A DNA stretch of 62,917 bases, filler included. It is 6 parts of 6 records of this genome, joined end to end, with 100 filler letters (N's around TTAATTAATTAA, not from the genome) between each part and the next. Parts side by side here need not be neighbours in the genome. Positions count along the whole stretch, not along the records: positions 37,401 to 51,442 come from SRR20825010_3265; 5 more parts are not named here. One strand, 5' to 3'. Each line of letters begins with the position of its first letter. The stretch's first letter is position 1. Below, piece after piece: positions 37,401-47,805 of this stretch. The notes beneath the pieces were generated by a model. The model was given only the letters and a program-made list of their open reading frames with translations. It was not told the DNA's origin and did no database searches. Both the position numbers and the translations under genes were made by a program.

Positions 37401-40077
37401 TAGAGTAGTTGAAATTCAGATCCAAGGTTACGTCATCTGTTCTGATTGGAGTAACTCCGAGCATCACTTCCCAGCCTTTGCTATTTACCAAACCTGCATT
37501 CACATACTTGGAGGTAAAACCCGAAGAAGAAGGAAGCGTCACTGGAAGGATTTGATTTTTGTTGTCCGTGTTGAAATAGGTGACATCGAATTTCAGACGA
37601 TTTTGAAGTGCAATCAGCTCAAGACCCAATTCGTAAGAAGTAGCGATTTCAGGCTTTAAATCTGGAGTTTTCAAGTTGTCTGGCACAGTCAGCCGAGTCT
37701 GTCCATCCCATTCACCGCTATTGCTCAATACCTGATATAAATTGTAAGGATCGGTGTCATTACCTACCTGTGCCCAGCCAGCTCTCAATTTCAGGAGATC
37801 GATAGAATTGCCCATGTCAACCATTTCGTTCAGGATCAAACTCAAAGAAGAGGAAGGGTAGAAGTAAGACCTATTTGCTTCTGGTAAAGTAGATGACCAG
37901 TCATTTCTAGCTGTCACATCCAAATAAATCAAGTCTTTGAAACCAAAATTGGCAAGTCCATATACACTGTTCACAGCCTTTTGAGAAATAGAGGAAGTGT
38001 AAATCAAATTGTCAGAAGAGGTATTGCTCAAGGTGTAAACGCCCGGTACGATTAGTCCAGAACCTTCAGGTTTGGTAGAGTTCTGTACGGAGTTATTGTC
38101 ATTGAATCTTAAATTTCCACCGCCAGAAAGGGTCATATGGAAATTGTTGAAGTCCTTAGTATAAGTACCTAGAATGTCAATGTTTCTTTCCATTCTATCC
38201 AAATTCACCAAACCATAACCGCCATTTGGATCTCCTGTATAACTAATCGGTATTTTAGATTCTCTTCTCTCAGAATACATGTCGAGCATGTAACTCGTTT
38301 TCACATTGAAATTGTCTGAGAATTTGTAATCCAACGCGATATTTCCAAAGACTCTGTTTCGAGTGAAGCTGTTGTTCACTTCATAAGCCAAGAAATAAGG
38401 GTTATTAAATTCACCAATTGCCTGTGAGCGTTGCTGAATTCCTTCTTGACCTGGTACCCAATAGGATTCCAATTCATTGATATCGATATGTGGAGAAACC
38501 TTGTAAGCCGCTTCCAGTGGATTCGTACCGCGATTACCTGCAGGTCTATTGTCAGAACCCGTTTGGTTGATATTCAAACTAGAACTCAACGTCAATTTGG
38601 GGTTGACCTTTAGCGTGGTATTGATGGAAAGGTTATCTCTGGAAAAATCAGAATTTGGGATAATCCCCCAGTTGTTCAGGTTGGTGTAGCCAATTCTGTA
38701 ATTGATGAATTCATTGTTGTTTGCCACAGAAACCCCGTTGGTAGTTGTCACACCCGTCCGAACAAAGTCTGAAACATTGTTTGGATGTGAAACTAGGGAG
38801 GTTGGGATACGATTGCCATCAGCATCCAAAGGACTATTCCACTGAATAGCAGTATAGCCTTTGTCCAATTCTGGGCCAGCACCAGCAGAAGAACCTTCTT
38901 CGATGACTAATTGTCCACCTGGATAAGGGTTGTTGTCAGGTGTATAAGGTCTTACACCCGTGGCAAATTTGCTATGAAAAGGAAGGAACTTGTAAGGCAT
39001 CTCCAAAAGTGTGTTCGAAGAAACTGACACTGTTACGTCATTTACTTTTTTGCCCGATTTAGTCGTGATCAAGACCACCCCGTTACCAGCTCTGGAACCA
39101 TAAAGGGCGGCTGCACTAGGACCCTTCAGAATAGACATGCTTTCTATGTCTTCTGGGTTCAGATCCGAAATAGCGTTTCCATAATCCACTTTATTTTCAC
39201 TTCCGATTTCAGAGATGTTATTGAGGCTGTTGATTATCGGAACACCATCTACTACAAATAGAGGCTGATTGTCTCCGCTCAATGAACTCATTCCTCGGAT
39301 AACCATACTCACTGAGGATCCAGCGCCACCTGTAGAACTTACACTTACTCCAGGAACTCGTCCTGCAATAGATTTCAGCGCATTGTCCTGACTACCATTT
39401 TGGAATGCATTGCCATCAAGTTCTGCAACCGAATAACCTAGAGAGCGCTCATCTCTTTCTATTCCTAATGCCGTCACGACTACTCCTTCCATATCTGCAA
39501 AAGTTGGAAGAAGTTTCACGGAGAAGAAAGTCTGATTTTGAACGACAAATTCCTGAGTTTCGAAGCCTACATAGCTGAAAACCAATACTGATTCTTTGGT
39601 AGGGATTTCTATAGAAAACTTGCCGTCGATGTTTGTAATTACGCCATTGGTAGTGCCTTTCACTAGAATAGTCGCTCCAGCTAATGGTAAATCAGTTTCA
39701 TCCAAAACTATTCCCGTCACAGGGAAAAACTTCTCAGATTGTGGTTTGCGAATAAGGATGTTTTCTCCCATTACTTTAAACTCAAAGGGAGAGGTAACCG
39801 AAACTTCTTTGAGTAAATCTTGAATCGTTGCTTTTGTACTTACAGTGATTTTTTGAGCAAGCTGCTCGTAAATTCCATCTGCATAGATGAATTTGTACTC
39901 ACTTTGAGATTCTACTTCTGAGATAAACTGTTTTAGGGTGAGTGAGCTGCTTGAGATCAAAATGATCTTTTCTTGACCTAATTCGGCTGCCTGTGCCCAA
40001 TTGGGCAATAGCATCATTAGCAAGAGCCACGCTCTGCCAAGGTGAAAAAGATGTTTTTTTGTAAATGTAATTTCCAT
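37401..40077 (-). CDS. susC: SusC/RagA-family TonB-dependent transporter with N-terminal extension, 3'-partial
   Basis: STN-like N-terminus, CarboxypepD-like domain (GATILVKGT), VVVTALGI, PLFVVDGVP, LKGPSAAALYGSRAGNGVVLITTKSG. Confidence 0.92.
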
Positions 40078-40120
40078 ACTTTGTCCGTTTGAGTGGTTTG
40101 TTTACTGCTTGATTAAATTG

Positions 40121-40165
40121 CCACGCTGTAGGTCTTCGTCAAATTCTCTTCAGCGTGGTTTTTTT
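40121..40165 (+). terminator. Terminator-like hairpin oriented antisense to fecR-susC
   Basis: CCACGCTG...CAGCGTGG followed by TTTTTTT on the + strand, while both flanking genes are on the - strand. Confidence 0.6.
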
Positions 40166-40308
40166 ATTTGAAAGTCACTAAAAAGTTCCCGCAGATCGAC
40201 GCAGAAAAAATTCGCTGATTTCCGCTGATCTTGTTGCTCGATTAGAGTTTACTTGCATCTTTATTTGTGAATTGTTGATTCATGAATGTTTTTTATTGTT
40301 AGGAAAAA

Positions 40309-41280
40309 TTAATTTTTAGAGAGTTTAGACTTTTTCGAGATCACCTTGATCAATTCGTTCGAATCAGCTTCTTTATTTGCCAAAAAGCCAATAGCTGAAA
40401 TCACCTCATCTATGCTTTTATCTTTGAATTGACCACTAAGTTTCAGATCGTAAAGGCTAGAATCGTTTACTGCTAGCTCAAGCCCATACCATCTTTCCAG
40501 CGTGTTCATTACCTGAGCGAAATCAGTCTGACTGAAGTTCAATACCTGCGCTATCCAGTGAATAGGCTCATTGAATTCCACTACTTGGTAAGTCTTAGCG
40601 TGTTTATCGATCTGGATTCGCTGACCGATAGTTAGGGTTTCGTCGATGATCAAATTCTCCCATGCCAGCGATACATTTACAGTGCCTTCAGTCACGGAAA
40701 CTTCTATTATTTCATCTTCTTCGTAGGAGGAAATATTGAATGCTGTGCCCAATACCATGACTTTCATCGCTTGAGTGGTGATCTCAAAAGGTTGAGACTT
40801 GTCTTTTGCCACTTGGAAAAATGCTTCGCCACGGAGATTGACTTTTCTCATTTCCTGATTTTCAAAAGGCAACTGCTCTAAGGAAGAAGCTACATTCAGA
40901 TTTACTTCGGTACCGTCAGGAAGTGAGATGTTTTTTTGCTCTGCAAAAACTGTTTGATATAGCGTGAAGCTTTGTGTGTCAGTATTTTGTAGGTAATTGA
41001 ATATTAAGAAACTAAAGCTTGCCAGCAAAAGAAGAGTGGCAGCCACGCCCATCCAGTATTTGCCCAGCTGATGACTGAAGGTTTGTTTTTTAGAAGTGAG
41101 TATGTAAGCGCTATTTTCATTCAGGCTATTCTCAAAACTTGATTTCAACGCTTCACTGTAGATTTCTCGCACTTCAGGATCATCCAAGCCGTTTAAAAAT
41201 GAGTCAAAATCAGCCTTTGTAATCTTGTCTTCTAAATACCTGTTGACCAAATCTTTGATCTCCTGCCGTGATGGACGCAT
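40309..41280 (-). CDS. FecR-family anti-sigma factor
   Basis: Single TM, LPDGTEVNLN..S.L, GEAFFQV, VLGTAFN, LERWYG. Confidence 0.9.
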   Translation of the reverse strand: MRPSRQEIKDLVNRYLEDKITKADFDSFLNGLDDPEVREIYSEALKSSFENSLNENSAYILTSKKQTFSHQLGKYWMGVAATLLLLASFSFLIFNYLQNTDTQSFTLYQTVFAEQKNISLPDGTEVNLNVASSLEQLPFENQEMRKVNLRGEAFFQVAKDKSQPFEITTQAMKVMVLGTAFNISSYEEDEIIEVSVTEGTVNVSLAWENLIIDETLTIGQRIQIDKHAKTYQVVEFNEPIHWIAQVLNFSQTDFAQVMNTLERWYGLELAVNDSSLYDLKLSGQFKDKSIDEVISAIGFLANKEADSNELIKVISKKSKLSKN

Positions 41281-41450
41281 GCAACGTTGTCTTAGTGAAT
41301 CACTGGAGTGAAATTCCAGTGAAAGCAAATTCAATTGCTTGCTCTAAAGACTGTGGCAGTACGAAATGGACTAGTCGTGTTGCATTATCAAAAAGTTAAA
41401 GATTTGTGAAGTGGAGTAATATTGAATTATACATGCTAACCTTCTCCTTT

Positions 41451-41492
41451 AAAAAAAAAATCCCCCAAGAAGTGTATGACTTTTTGGGGGAT
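41451..41492 (-). terminator. Intrinsic terminator after the exonuclease gene
   Basis: ATCCCCCAAGAAGT/ACTTTTTGGGGGAT stem with A10 on the + strand (U tract on the - strand). Confidence 0.75.
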
Positions 41493-41509
41493 AGTTGAGA
41501 TAAATATGC

Positions 41510-42313
41510 TTATTGATTAAATCCTCTCAGTTTGATCTGAGTAAGTTTTCTTTTGGTATCAAGCGGAAAATCGCCTCGCATCATCCAATCGTAATAACCT
41601 GGCTCTTCTTTGAGTACCTGAGTAACAGGAGTTCCTTTTTGCTTTCCAAAATTAAATACCTCTACGCCTTCGTTGTTAAACACAAATCTTCCAGCTAGAT
41701 CTACCATTCTTTCATTTAGAAGATCATGAAGTTTCTTCATGTCATTCTCGATGATCCCCATTTTGTTTCCCTGAAGATCTTCCATTTCCTCCCCGAGGTA
41801 TCGTTCTATTTGCGCTTTGAATACATCTAACGTAGCAAGTGTGTCCACTTCAGCACTGTGTGCATTTTCTAGTTTTTGGCCACAGTAGAATTTATAGGCG
41901 GAAGTTAGGTTACGCTTTTCCATCATGAAAAAGATCTTCTGCGCATCCAGCAAATTTCTCTTATCCAAATCAAATTCGATTCCTGCTCTAAGAAATTCTT
42001 CTACTAATAGTGGGATGTCATACTTCAAAACATTGAATCCAGCCAAATCTGACTGGCCAATGAACTGGAATATATCTTTAGCCAATTCCTTAAAAGTCTT
42101 CTCTTCTTTCACATCCTTGTCATATATGCCGTGGATGAGCGAAGATTCCAGCGGAATAGGTATGGTAGGATTGATTTTTCTTGTGAAGATTTCTTGCCCG
42201 CCATCTGGCATTACTTTTACTATGGAAATCTCCACAATTCTGTCGGTGGAGATATTGATTCCGGTTGCTTCCAGATCAAAAAATGAAACGGAATTCTTCA
42301 AGTTTAACTGCAT
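41510..42313 (-). CDS. DEDDh 3'-5' exonuclease (DNA polymerase III epsilon-like)
   Basis: FDLEATG, GFN...YD, AHSAEVD. Confidence 0.88.
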   Translation of the reverse strand: MQLNLKNSVSFFDLEATGINISTDRIVEISIVKVMPDGGQEIFTRKINPTIPIPLESSLIHGIYDKDVKEEKTFKELAKDIFQFIGQSDLAGFNVLKYDIPLLVEEFLRAGIEFDLDKRNLLDAQKIFFMMEKRNLTSAYKFYCGQKLENAHSAEVDTLATLDVFKAQIERYLGEEMEDLQGNKMGIIENDMKKLHDLLNERMVDLAGRFVFNNEGVEVFNFGKQKGTPVTQVLKEEPGYYDWMMRGDFPLDTKRKLTQIKLRGFNQ

Positions 42314-42315
42314 GG

Positions 42316-43671
42316 TTATTTGAATTTAGCTTTAATCGGTTCGAGATCCATTTTGTCATAGGATCCAGAACTCATCAAAAGTAGGTTGGAATTTGTATAA
42401 TCTTGAGCCAAAAGGAATTCCTTAAGGTCCTTGCTATCTGTAAATAATTTTAAATCAGGTCTTTGAAAGCCATCTCTCAGTGTCTCTTCATCCATTAGTT
42501 CTAGCTTTTTCAACGCTACAGCATGCGGATCTAGGTAGATAATTGCCAGATCAGCAGCTTCCATGGACTTGGCATAATTAGGTAAAAACTCCTTATTCAA
42601 TGAGGAGTAAGTATGCAATTCCTGCACTGCAACTAATTTTCTGTTTGGGAATTGGGTTTTAACAGCTGATACCGTTGCTTTCAGTTTGGAAGGAGCATGC
42701 GCAAAGTCTCTGAAAAGGCTGGAGTTATCAGTTTGCATCAAAAGCTCTTGACGTTTTGCAGCGCCTTTGAACGTCTGAATGCTTTCGTAGAACTGCTCTT
42801 TTGTCAATCCTAAAGCCAAACAAATATCCATCGCACCTTGAAGGTTTTGAAGATTATGCTCTCCGAAAATGTAAATAGGTACTAAGCCATCTTCTGTTTC
42901 AAGGAAAGTTTTACCTTCTAGAATAAGTGCAGGATGAGCTTTATATGCAGTTTTCTTTGCTGAAATCTCACTTTTTTCTGCTGCTTCTTTCACAAGTGGA
43001 TCAGCTTCGCAATAAATCAATTCTCCTGACTCCGGAGTCAAATCCATCAATTTGCTAAACTGCTCTTTGTATTCGTCAAAGTCTGGAAACACATTGTAAT
43101 GATCCCAAGCAATACCACTTACCAAAGCGATGTCATGCTTGTAATGGAAGAATTTTGGAGTTCTATCTAGGGGAGAAGTGAGGTATTCGTCGCCCTCAAT
43201 GATAATAACAGGAGCATCCGACAGTTTCACCATCAAATTAAATCCTTCGATCTGCGCACCTACTAAGTAGTCAAAATCTACCTTCTGATCTTTCAACACA
43301 TGTAATATCACGGAGGTGATAGAGGTCTTTCCGTGTGAACCCGCCACGATAACTCGTTTTTTATTCTGGCTCTGATTGAATATAAATTCAGGGAAGGAAA
43401 AAACTGGAATGCCTAATTCTTGAGCTTTTACAAGTTCCGGATTATCTATTCTAGCATGCATTCCAAGTATAATACCATCAAGTTTGGAAGTGATTTTCTC
43501 TGGAAACCATCCATATTCAGCAGGTAAAATCCCTGCTTTTTCTAATCGGGCTCGTGATGGTTCATAGATTTCATCGTCAGAACCGGTTACTTGGTATCCT
43601 TTTTCTACAAGTGCCAAAGCTAGGTTGTGCATCACGGCTCCACCGATGGCTATAAAATGATAGTTATTCAT
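42316..43671 (-). CDS. Mpl/MurC-family UDP-N-acetylmuramate peptide ligase
   Basis: HFIAIGGAVMHNLA, AGSHGKTS, IEGDEY, DFAHAP. Confidence 0.85.
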   Translation of the reverse strand: MNNYHFIAIGGAVMHNLALALVEKGYQVTGSDDEIYEPSRARLEKAGILPAEYGWFPEKITSKLDGIILGMHARIDNPELVKAQELGIPVFSFPEFIFNQSQNKKRVIVAGSHGKTSITSVILHVLKDQKVDFDYLVGAQIEGFNLMVKLSDAPVIIIEGDEYLTSPLDRTPKFFHYKHDIALVSGIAWDHYNVFPDFDEYKEQFSKLMDLTPESGELIYCEADPLVKEAAEKSEISAKKTAYKAHPALILEGKTFLETEDGLVPIYIFGEHNLQNLQGAMDICLALGLTKEQFYESIQTFKGAAKRQELLMQTDNSSLFRDFAHAPSKLKATVSAVKTQFPNRKLVAVQELHTYSSLNKEFLPNYAKSMEAADLAIIYLDPHAVALKKLELMDEETLRDGFQRPDLKLFTDSKDLKEFLLAQDYTNSNLLLMSSGSYDKMDLEPIKAKFK

Positions 43672-43806
43672 TGAGCTAAATAATGAGTTGGAATTCTACT
43701 TCAAACTTAAAAATAATAATCGGGTGCTCAGGAGACTAGTAATTCTAAATCAAAACATTTTTTCTGAGTGGTACAATTTGCCTATTTTCGAGCCAAACCC
43801 AATAGA

Positions 43807-44490
43807 ATGATTCCAGATAAATACGCTTACCTCAGTTTAGCATTGATGTTCATGATTGCTTGGACATTGATTTTTATCAAGAATCCCTGGAAAAGTGGGA
43901 TGATCAGAGTCGGGGCAGTTGGAGGATTAATGGGAATGATTGCAGAGTTTTGGTATTTCCGGGACTATTGGCGACCGCCTACTTTATTCGGGGAAGGGAT
44001 TGTAGGGCTAGAAGATTATATCATTGGTTTTGCTTTGTTTGGAGTAGGGGGATACATCCACTCTTCCTTCACCAATAAAGAGATTGATTTTGATAAAAAA
44101 ATGATCCCCAAAAATTGGGACTTCTTTTACATATTCCTGATTGGTTGTGGAAGTTTGACCTTCTTTAGTGTAATACTAGGCTTCCATTCAGGTTACGTTA
44201 CCTTCTTGACTTTCTTCCTTTTATCCGTTTATATCTGGATTCAAAGACCCGATTTAATTGGATTGTCCATTATCTCAGCTTTCGCTACGCTTGCCATATC
44301 ATTGGTGATCTATTACATCAATTTTAATATATTATTTCCGAATTTTTGGGATCAATACGGTATGTTAGATAAGCCTATTTTAGGCTTCAAAATACTCAAT
44401 ATCCCACTTTCTGAGATGTTATGGCACTTTTCCTGGGCGATGCTTTGTAGCATGTTCCGAGGATATAGAAATGGTGTCTATTATAAATAA
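43807..44490 (+). CDS. Membrane protein resembling the lycopene-cyclase (CrtYc/Yd-like) domain family
   Basis: Multi-TM with two internal repeats ending YW......GLED and FW......IPLSE; no crt genes nearby. Confidence 0.55.
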   Translation: MIPDKYAYLSLALMFMIAWTLIFIKNPWKSGMIRVGAVGGLMGMIAEFWYFRDYWRPPTLFGEGIVGLEDYIIGFALFGVGGYIHSSFTNKEIDFDKKMIPKNWDFFYIFLIGCGSLTFFSVILGFHSGYVTFLTFFLLSVYIWIQRPDLIGLSIISAFATLAISLVIYYINFNILFPNFWDQYGMLDKPILGFKILNIPLSEMLWHFSWAMLCSMFRGYRNGVYYK

Positions 44491-44588
44491 TTTCCCCTTT
44501 GAGGCTTGATTCTTGATGCCTTCTCTTTGTTGATAACTCGGGCAAAAGTTGTTTAAAACTCTTGCCTTTTTCCCAATACATTTGTTCC

Positions 44589-46169
44589 ATGGCCGAAAAT
44601 AGTAACAACCCACGTATCACCCGTAACAAACCAACTCACCAAAACACAAGCATGCTCGGAAAAATGCCGCCGCAAGCGACTGATCTTGAGGAGGCTGTGC
44701 TTGGTGCATTGATGCTGGAGAAGGAAGCGCTCACAAATGTGATCGATATCCTGAAGGTGGAAAGTTTCTATAAGGATTCGCATCAGGTCATATTTCAGGC
44801 AATTCTTGATCTTTTTACGGAAAGTCAGCCAATTGATCTTCTTACCGTGACTTCTCAGCTTCGCAAAAGCGGAACATTGGAGATTGCAGGCGGCGCTTTC
44901 TATGTAACCGAACTTACTTCTAAGGTAGCTTCTGCTGCCAATATTGAATATCACGCAAGAATTATAACCGAGCAATCCATCAAGCGCGAGATGATCAAAA
45001 TCGCTTCTGACATTCAAAAGGATGCTTACGAAGAGACCACAGACGTTTTTGAGTTGTTGGATAAAATGGAGCAGAATCTTTTTGAGATATCTGAAAAGAA
45101 TATCCGAAAAAATTACTCTGACATGAAGTCCATTATGCGAGAGGCGATCATAGAATTGGAAGCTAGAAAAGGTCAAAAGGACGGACTGACAGGTGTTCCT
45201 TCTGGTTTGACAGCTTTGGATCGTGTGACAGCAGGTTGGCAAAAATCGGATTTGGTCATCATTGCAGCACGTCCTGCGATGGGTAAGACAGCATTTGTGC
45301 TTTCTGTTTTGAGAAATGCAGCAGTAGATCACAATCGACCGGTGGCCATATTCTCTTTGGAGATGTCCTCCATACAGTTGGTGAATCGACTTATTTCCTC
45401 GGAAGCAGAACTTGATTCTGAGAAAATCAAGAAAGGTTCACTTGCAGAGCATGAGTGGGCACAATTGGTTCACAAGACTGCCAAACTATCCAAAGCACCG
45501 CTTTTCGTAGATGATACTCCTGCACTTTCTATCCTTGAGCTTCGTGCAAAATGTAGAAAACTAAAAGCTCAGCACGATATTCAGATGATTGTAATTGATT
45601 ACTTGCAGCTGATGTCTGGTGACTCCAAAAGTGGCGGAGGAGGTAACCGAGAGCAGGAAATTGCGAGTATTTCCCGAGCCCTGAAGAAAATCGCTAAGGA
45701 GCTTGAGGTGCCGGTAATTGCACTTTCACAGCTTTCTAGAGCAGTGGAGACCAGAGGAGGAGATAAGAGACCACAACTTTCGGATTTGAGGGAATCAGGA
45801 GCCATCGAGCAAGATGCTGATATGGTTATGTTCCTTTACCGTCCTGAATATTATGGAATTACGGAAGATGAGGATGGTAATTCTACTCAAGGAGTGGGTG
45901 AAGTGATCATCGCCAAGCACAGAAATGGTTCTTTGGATAATGTGAAACTTCGCTTTATCGGTAGATATACTAAGTTTCAGGATTTGGATGGCTTCGGTAA
46001 TATGCAAGATCCACAAGGCGCAAATGCAGTCTACAGACCTACGTTTGCAGCTCAGTCTAGTGGAGTGTCTGAGTTTGACTCGGGTAATACGATCAAGCTA
46101 CAGAGTAAAGCCAATAGCGATGATGGAGATGATTTGTTGAATAGAAATAATTCGGAAGACGCTTTTTAA
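44589..46169 (+). CDS. dnaB: Replicative DNA helicase
   Basis: PPQATDLEEAVLGA, AARPAMGKT, FSLEM, IDYLQL, LSQLSR, DLRESGAIEQDAD, KHRNG. Confidence 0.96.
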   Translation: MAENSNNPRITRNKPTHQNTSMLGKMPPQATDLEEAVLGALMLEKEALTNVIDILKVESFYKDSHQVIFQAILDLFTESQPIDLLTVTSQLRKSGTLEIAGGAFYVTELTSKVASAANIEYHARIITEQSIKREMIKIASDIQKDAYEETTDVFELLDKMEQNLFEISEKNIRKNYSDMKSIMREAIIELEARKGQKDGLTGVPSGLTALDRVTAGWQKSDLVIIAARPAMGKTAFVLSVLRNAAVDHNRPVAIFSLEMSSIQLVNRLISSEAELDSEKIKKGSLAEHEWAQLVHKTAKLSKAPLFVDDTPALSILELRAKCRKLKAQHDIQMIVIDYLQLMSGDSKSGGGGNREQEIASISRALKKIAKELEVPVIALSQLSRAVETRGGDKRPQLSDLRESGAIEQDADMVMFLYRPEYYGITEDEDGNSTQGVGEVIIAKHRNGSLDNVKLRFIGRYTKFQDLDGFGNMQDPQGANAVYRPTFAAQSSGVSEFDSGNTIKLQSKANSDDGDDLLNRNNSEDAF

Positions 46170-46178
46170 ATTTTTGAA

Positions 46179-47177
46179 ATGAGAGCAATTACATTAGATA
46201 GCAACCAAGATTCTAGATTACTTCTTACAGAAGTTCAAACTCGGAATTTGCAACCAGGAGAAGTTCGTGTCATGATAAAGGCAGCAGCCTTAAATCACCG
46301 TGACGAATGGTGTAGAAAAGGTCTCTATCCAAATATTCAAGACGGTGTAATACTCGGGTCTGATGGAGCTGGAATTGTAACTGAAATAGGAGAGGGAGTA
46401 GCCTATGATTGGTTGCAAAAAGAAGTGATTATTAACCCTGCGCTGAACTGGGGAGAAAACCAAAAAGTGCAAAGCTCTTCTTTTGAGATTCTGGGAATGC
46501 CTAGAAATGGGACTTTGGCTGATTCAGTGATTGTTCCTGTGGACAGACTTTACGACAAACCTGCACACATGACCTGGGAAGAAGCTGGAGCATTGCCGCT
46601 TGCAGGTTTAACGGCGTTTCGAGCACTTACTTATCAGGGCGAAATTCAGGCAGGAGAAAATTTAATGGTAACTGGTTTCGGTGGTGGAGTAGCCCAATTT
46701 GCTGTGCAATTTGGAATGGCTCTTGGCGCCAATGTGTCCACAAGTAGCAGTAGTCCAGCGAAGTTAGAACGAGCTAAAGCTATTGGTGTGTCAAAGACCT
46801 TTAACTATTTGGATCATAATTGGATAACAAAAGCATTAGAGGAGACAAATGGCTTTGATTTGATCATAGATGGCGCTGTTGGTGAAACACTAAATCATCT
46901 GATTCAGGTTGCTAAACCTGGAGGAAAAATAGTTTTTTACGGAGCGACTCTAGGAAATCCTAGTAAAATAGAAGCCAGAAAAATCTTCTGGAATCAGTTG
47001 AAAATCATGGGTACTACCATGGGTTCAGATCTTGATTTTAAGAATATGATTTCTTTGGTCTGCGAAAAGAAAATTCAGCCAATTATTGATCAGGTTTTCA
47101 AATTTGATCAAGCTGAAGAAGCCTTTGATAGAATGCGTGACGGGAAGCAAACAGGCAAAATCGTATTAGTACCTTAA
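46179..47177 (+). CDS. Zinc-binding-family (MDR) dehydrogenase / quinone oxidoreductase
   Basis: ALNHRD, GSDGAG, TGFGGGVA, GKIVL. Confidence 0.88.
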   Translation: MRAITLDSNQDSRLLLTEVQTRNLQPGEVRVMIKAAALNHRDEWCRKGLYPNIQDGVILGSDGAGIVTEIGEGVAYDWLQKEVIINPALNWGENQKVQSSSFEILGMPRNGTLADSVIVPVDRLYDKPAHMTWEEAGALPLAGLTAFRALTYQGEIQAGENLMVTGFGGGVAQFAVQFGMALGANVSTSSSSPAKLERAKAIGVSKTFNYLDHNWITKALEETNGFDLIIDGAVGETLNHLIQVAKPGGKIVFYGATLGNPSKIEARKIFWNQLKIMGTTMGSDLDFKNMISLVCEKKIQPIIDQVFKFDQAEEAFDRMRDGKQTGKIVLVP

Positions 47178-47183
47178 GGTGTC

Positions 47184-47669
47184 TTAAATCTGTACGTAGG
47201 TTTCCCCAAATTCCTTTTTTGCTATTCTATAAATCTCATCCTTTTCCGGCGGAACGACTAACATGTCTCCAGGTTTGACGATCATAGTTGCCTTCCAAGG
47301 TGCCTGAAATTCCATAACATTTGTAGCTCCGAATGCCTCTAAATGCTCTTTAGCTACTATGATTCCTGTTGTTTCACCCTTAGGTTGATAGCAACCCCAG
47401 CCTTGTTCTAGAGATTGGACTAAAGTATACTTCTTCTTAAAAGTTTCTGCTTTTACGAGGTACAATTCATTTGTGCTCGTTTGGTTTTCTACCAGCCAAT
47501 CTCCCGCTTCAGCAGTATTTTGTGTTTCATCTCCATCTGAAGTCTTTGTCACTACCAATAATCCCGCTTGTGCTTTTTTGGCGCGGACCATAGATTTCTT
47601 TTTATAGCGTTTGCCACTTTTTTCTAGAATTGGAAGAAAATGAGTCAGCATCTCTTTTTGGGTGATCAT
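47184..47669 (-). CDS. Hypothetical protein with internal duplication (PGDYG-like)
   Basis: AGDWLV...LYLVK.ETFKKKY and PGDMLV...IYRIAKKEFGETY. Confidence 0.65.
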   Translation of the reverse strand: MITQKEMLTHFLPILEKSGKRYKKKSMVRAKKAQAGLLVVTKTSDGDETQNTAEAGDWLVENQTSTNELYLVKAETFKKKYTLVQSLEQGWGCYQPKGETTGIIVAKEHLEAFGATNVMEFQAPWKATMIVKPGDMLVVPPEKDEIYRIAKKEFGETYVQI

Positions 47670-47805
47670 TAGGCAAAATCTTTGAAGTGGAGTATTAAAT
47701 TATCAAGGTAAGAAAATGGCAACGATTCTACTTGTATTGAATGGAAGTTGATGCAAGAATTATATCATCGGTAGGTGGTTTTTGGACATTCGATACCTAA
47801 CCTTC

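Noticed and set aside
44553-45332. 259-aa ORF antisense to dnaB; possible intein in dnaB
   Set aside because: The shadow ORF has no motifs. DnaB motifs are contiguous and the length is ordinary, so there is no intein.
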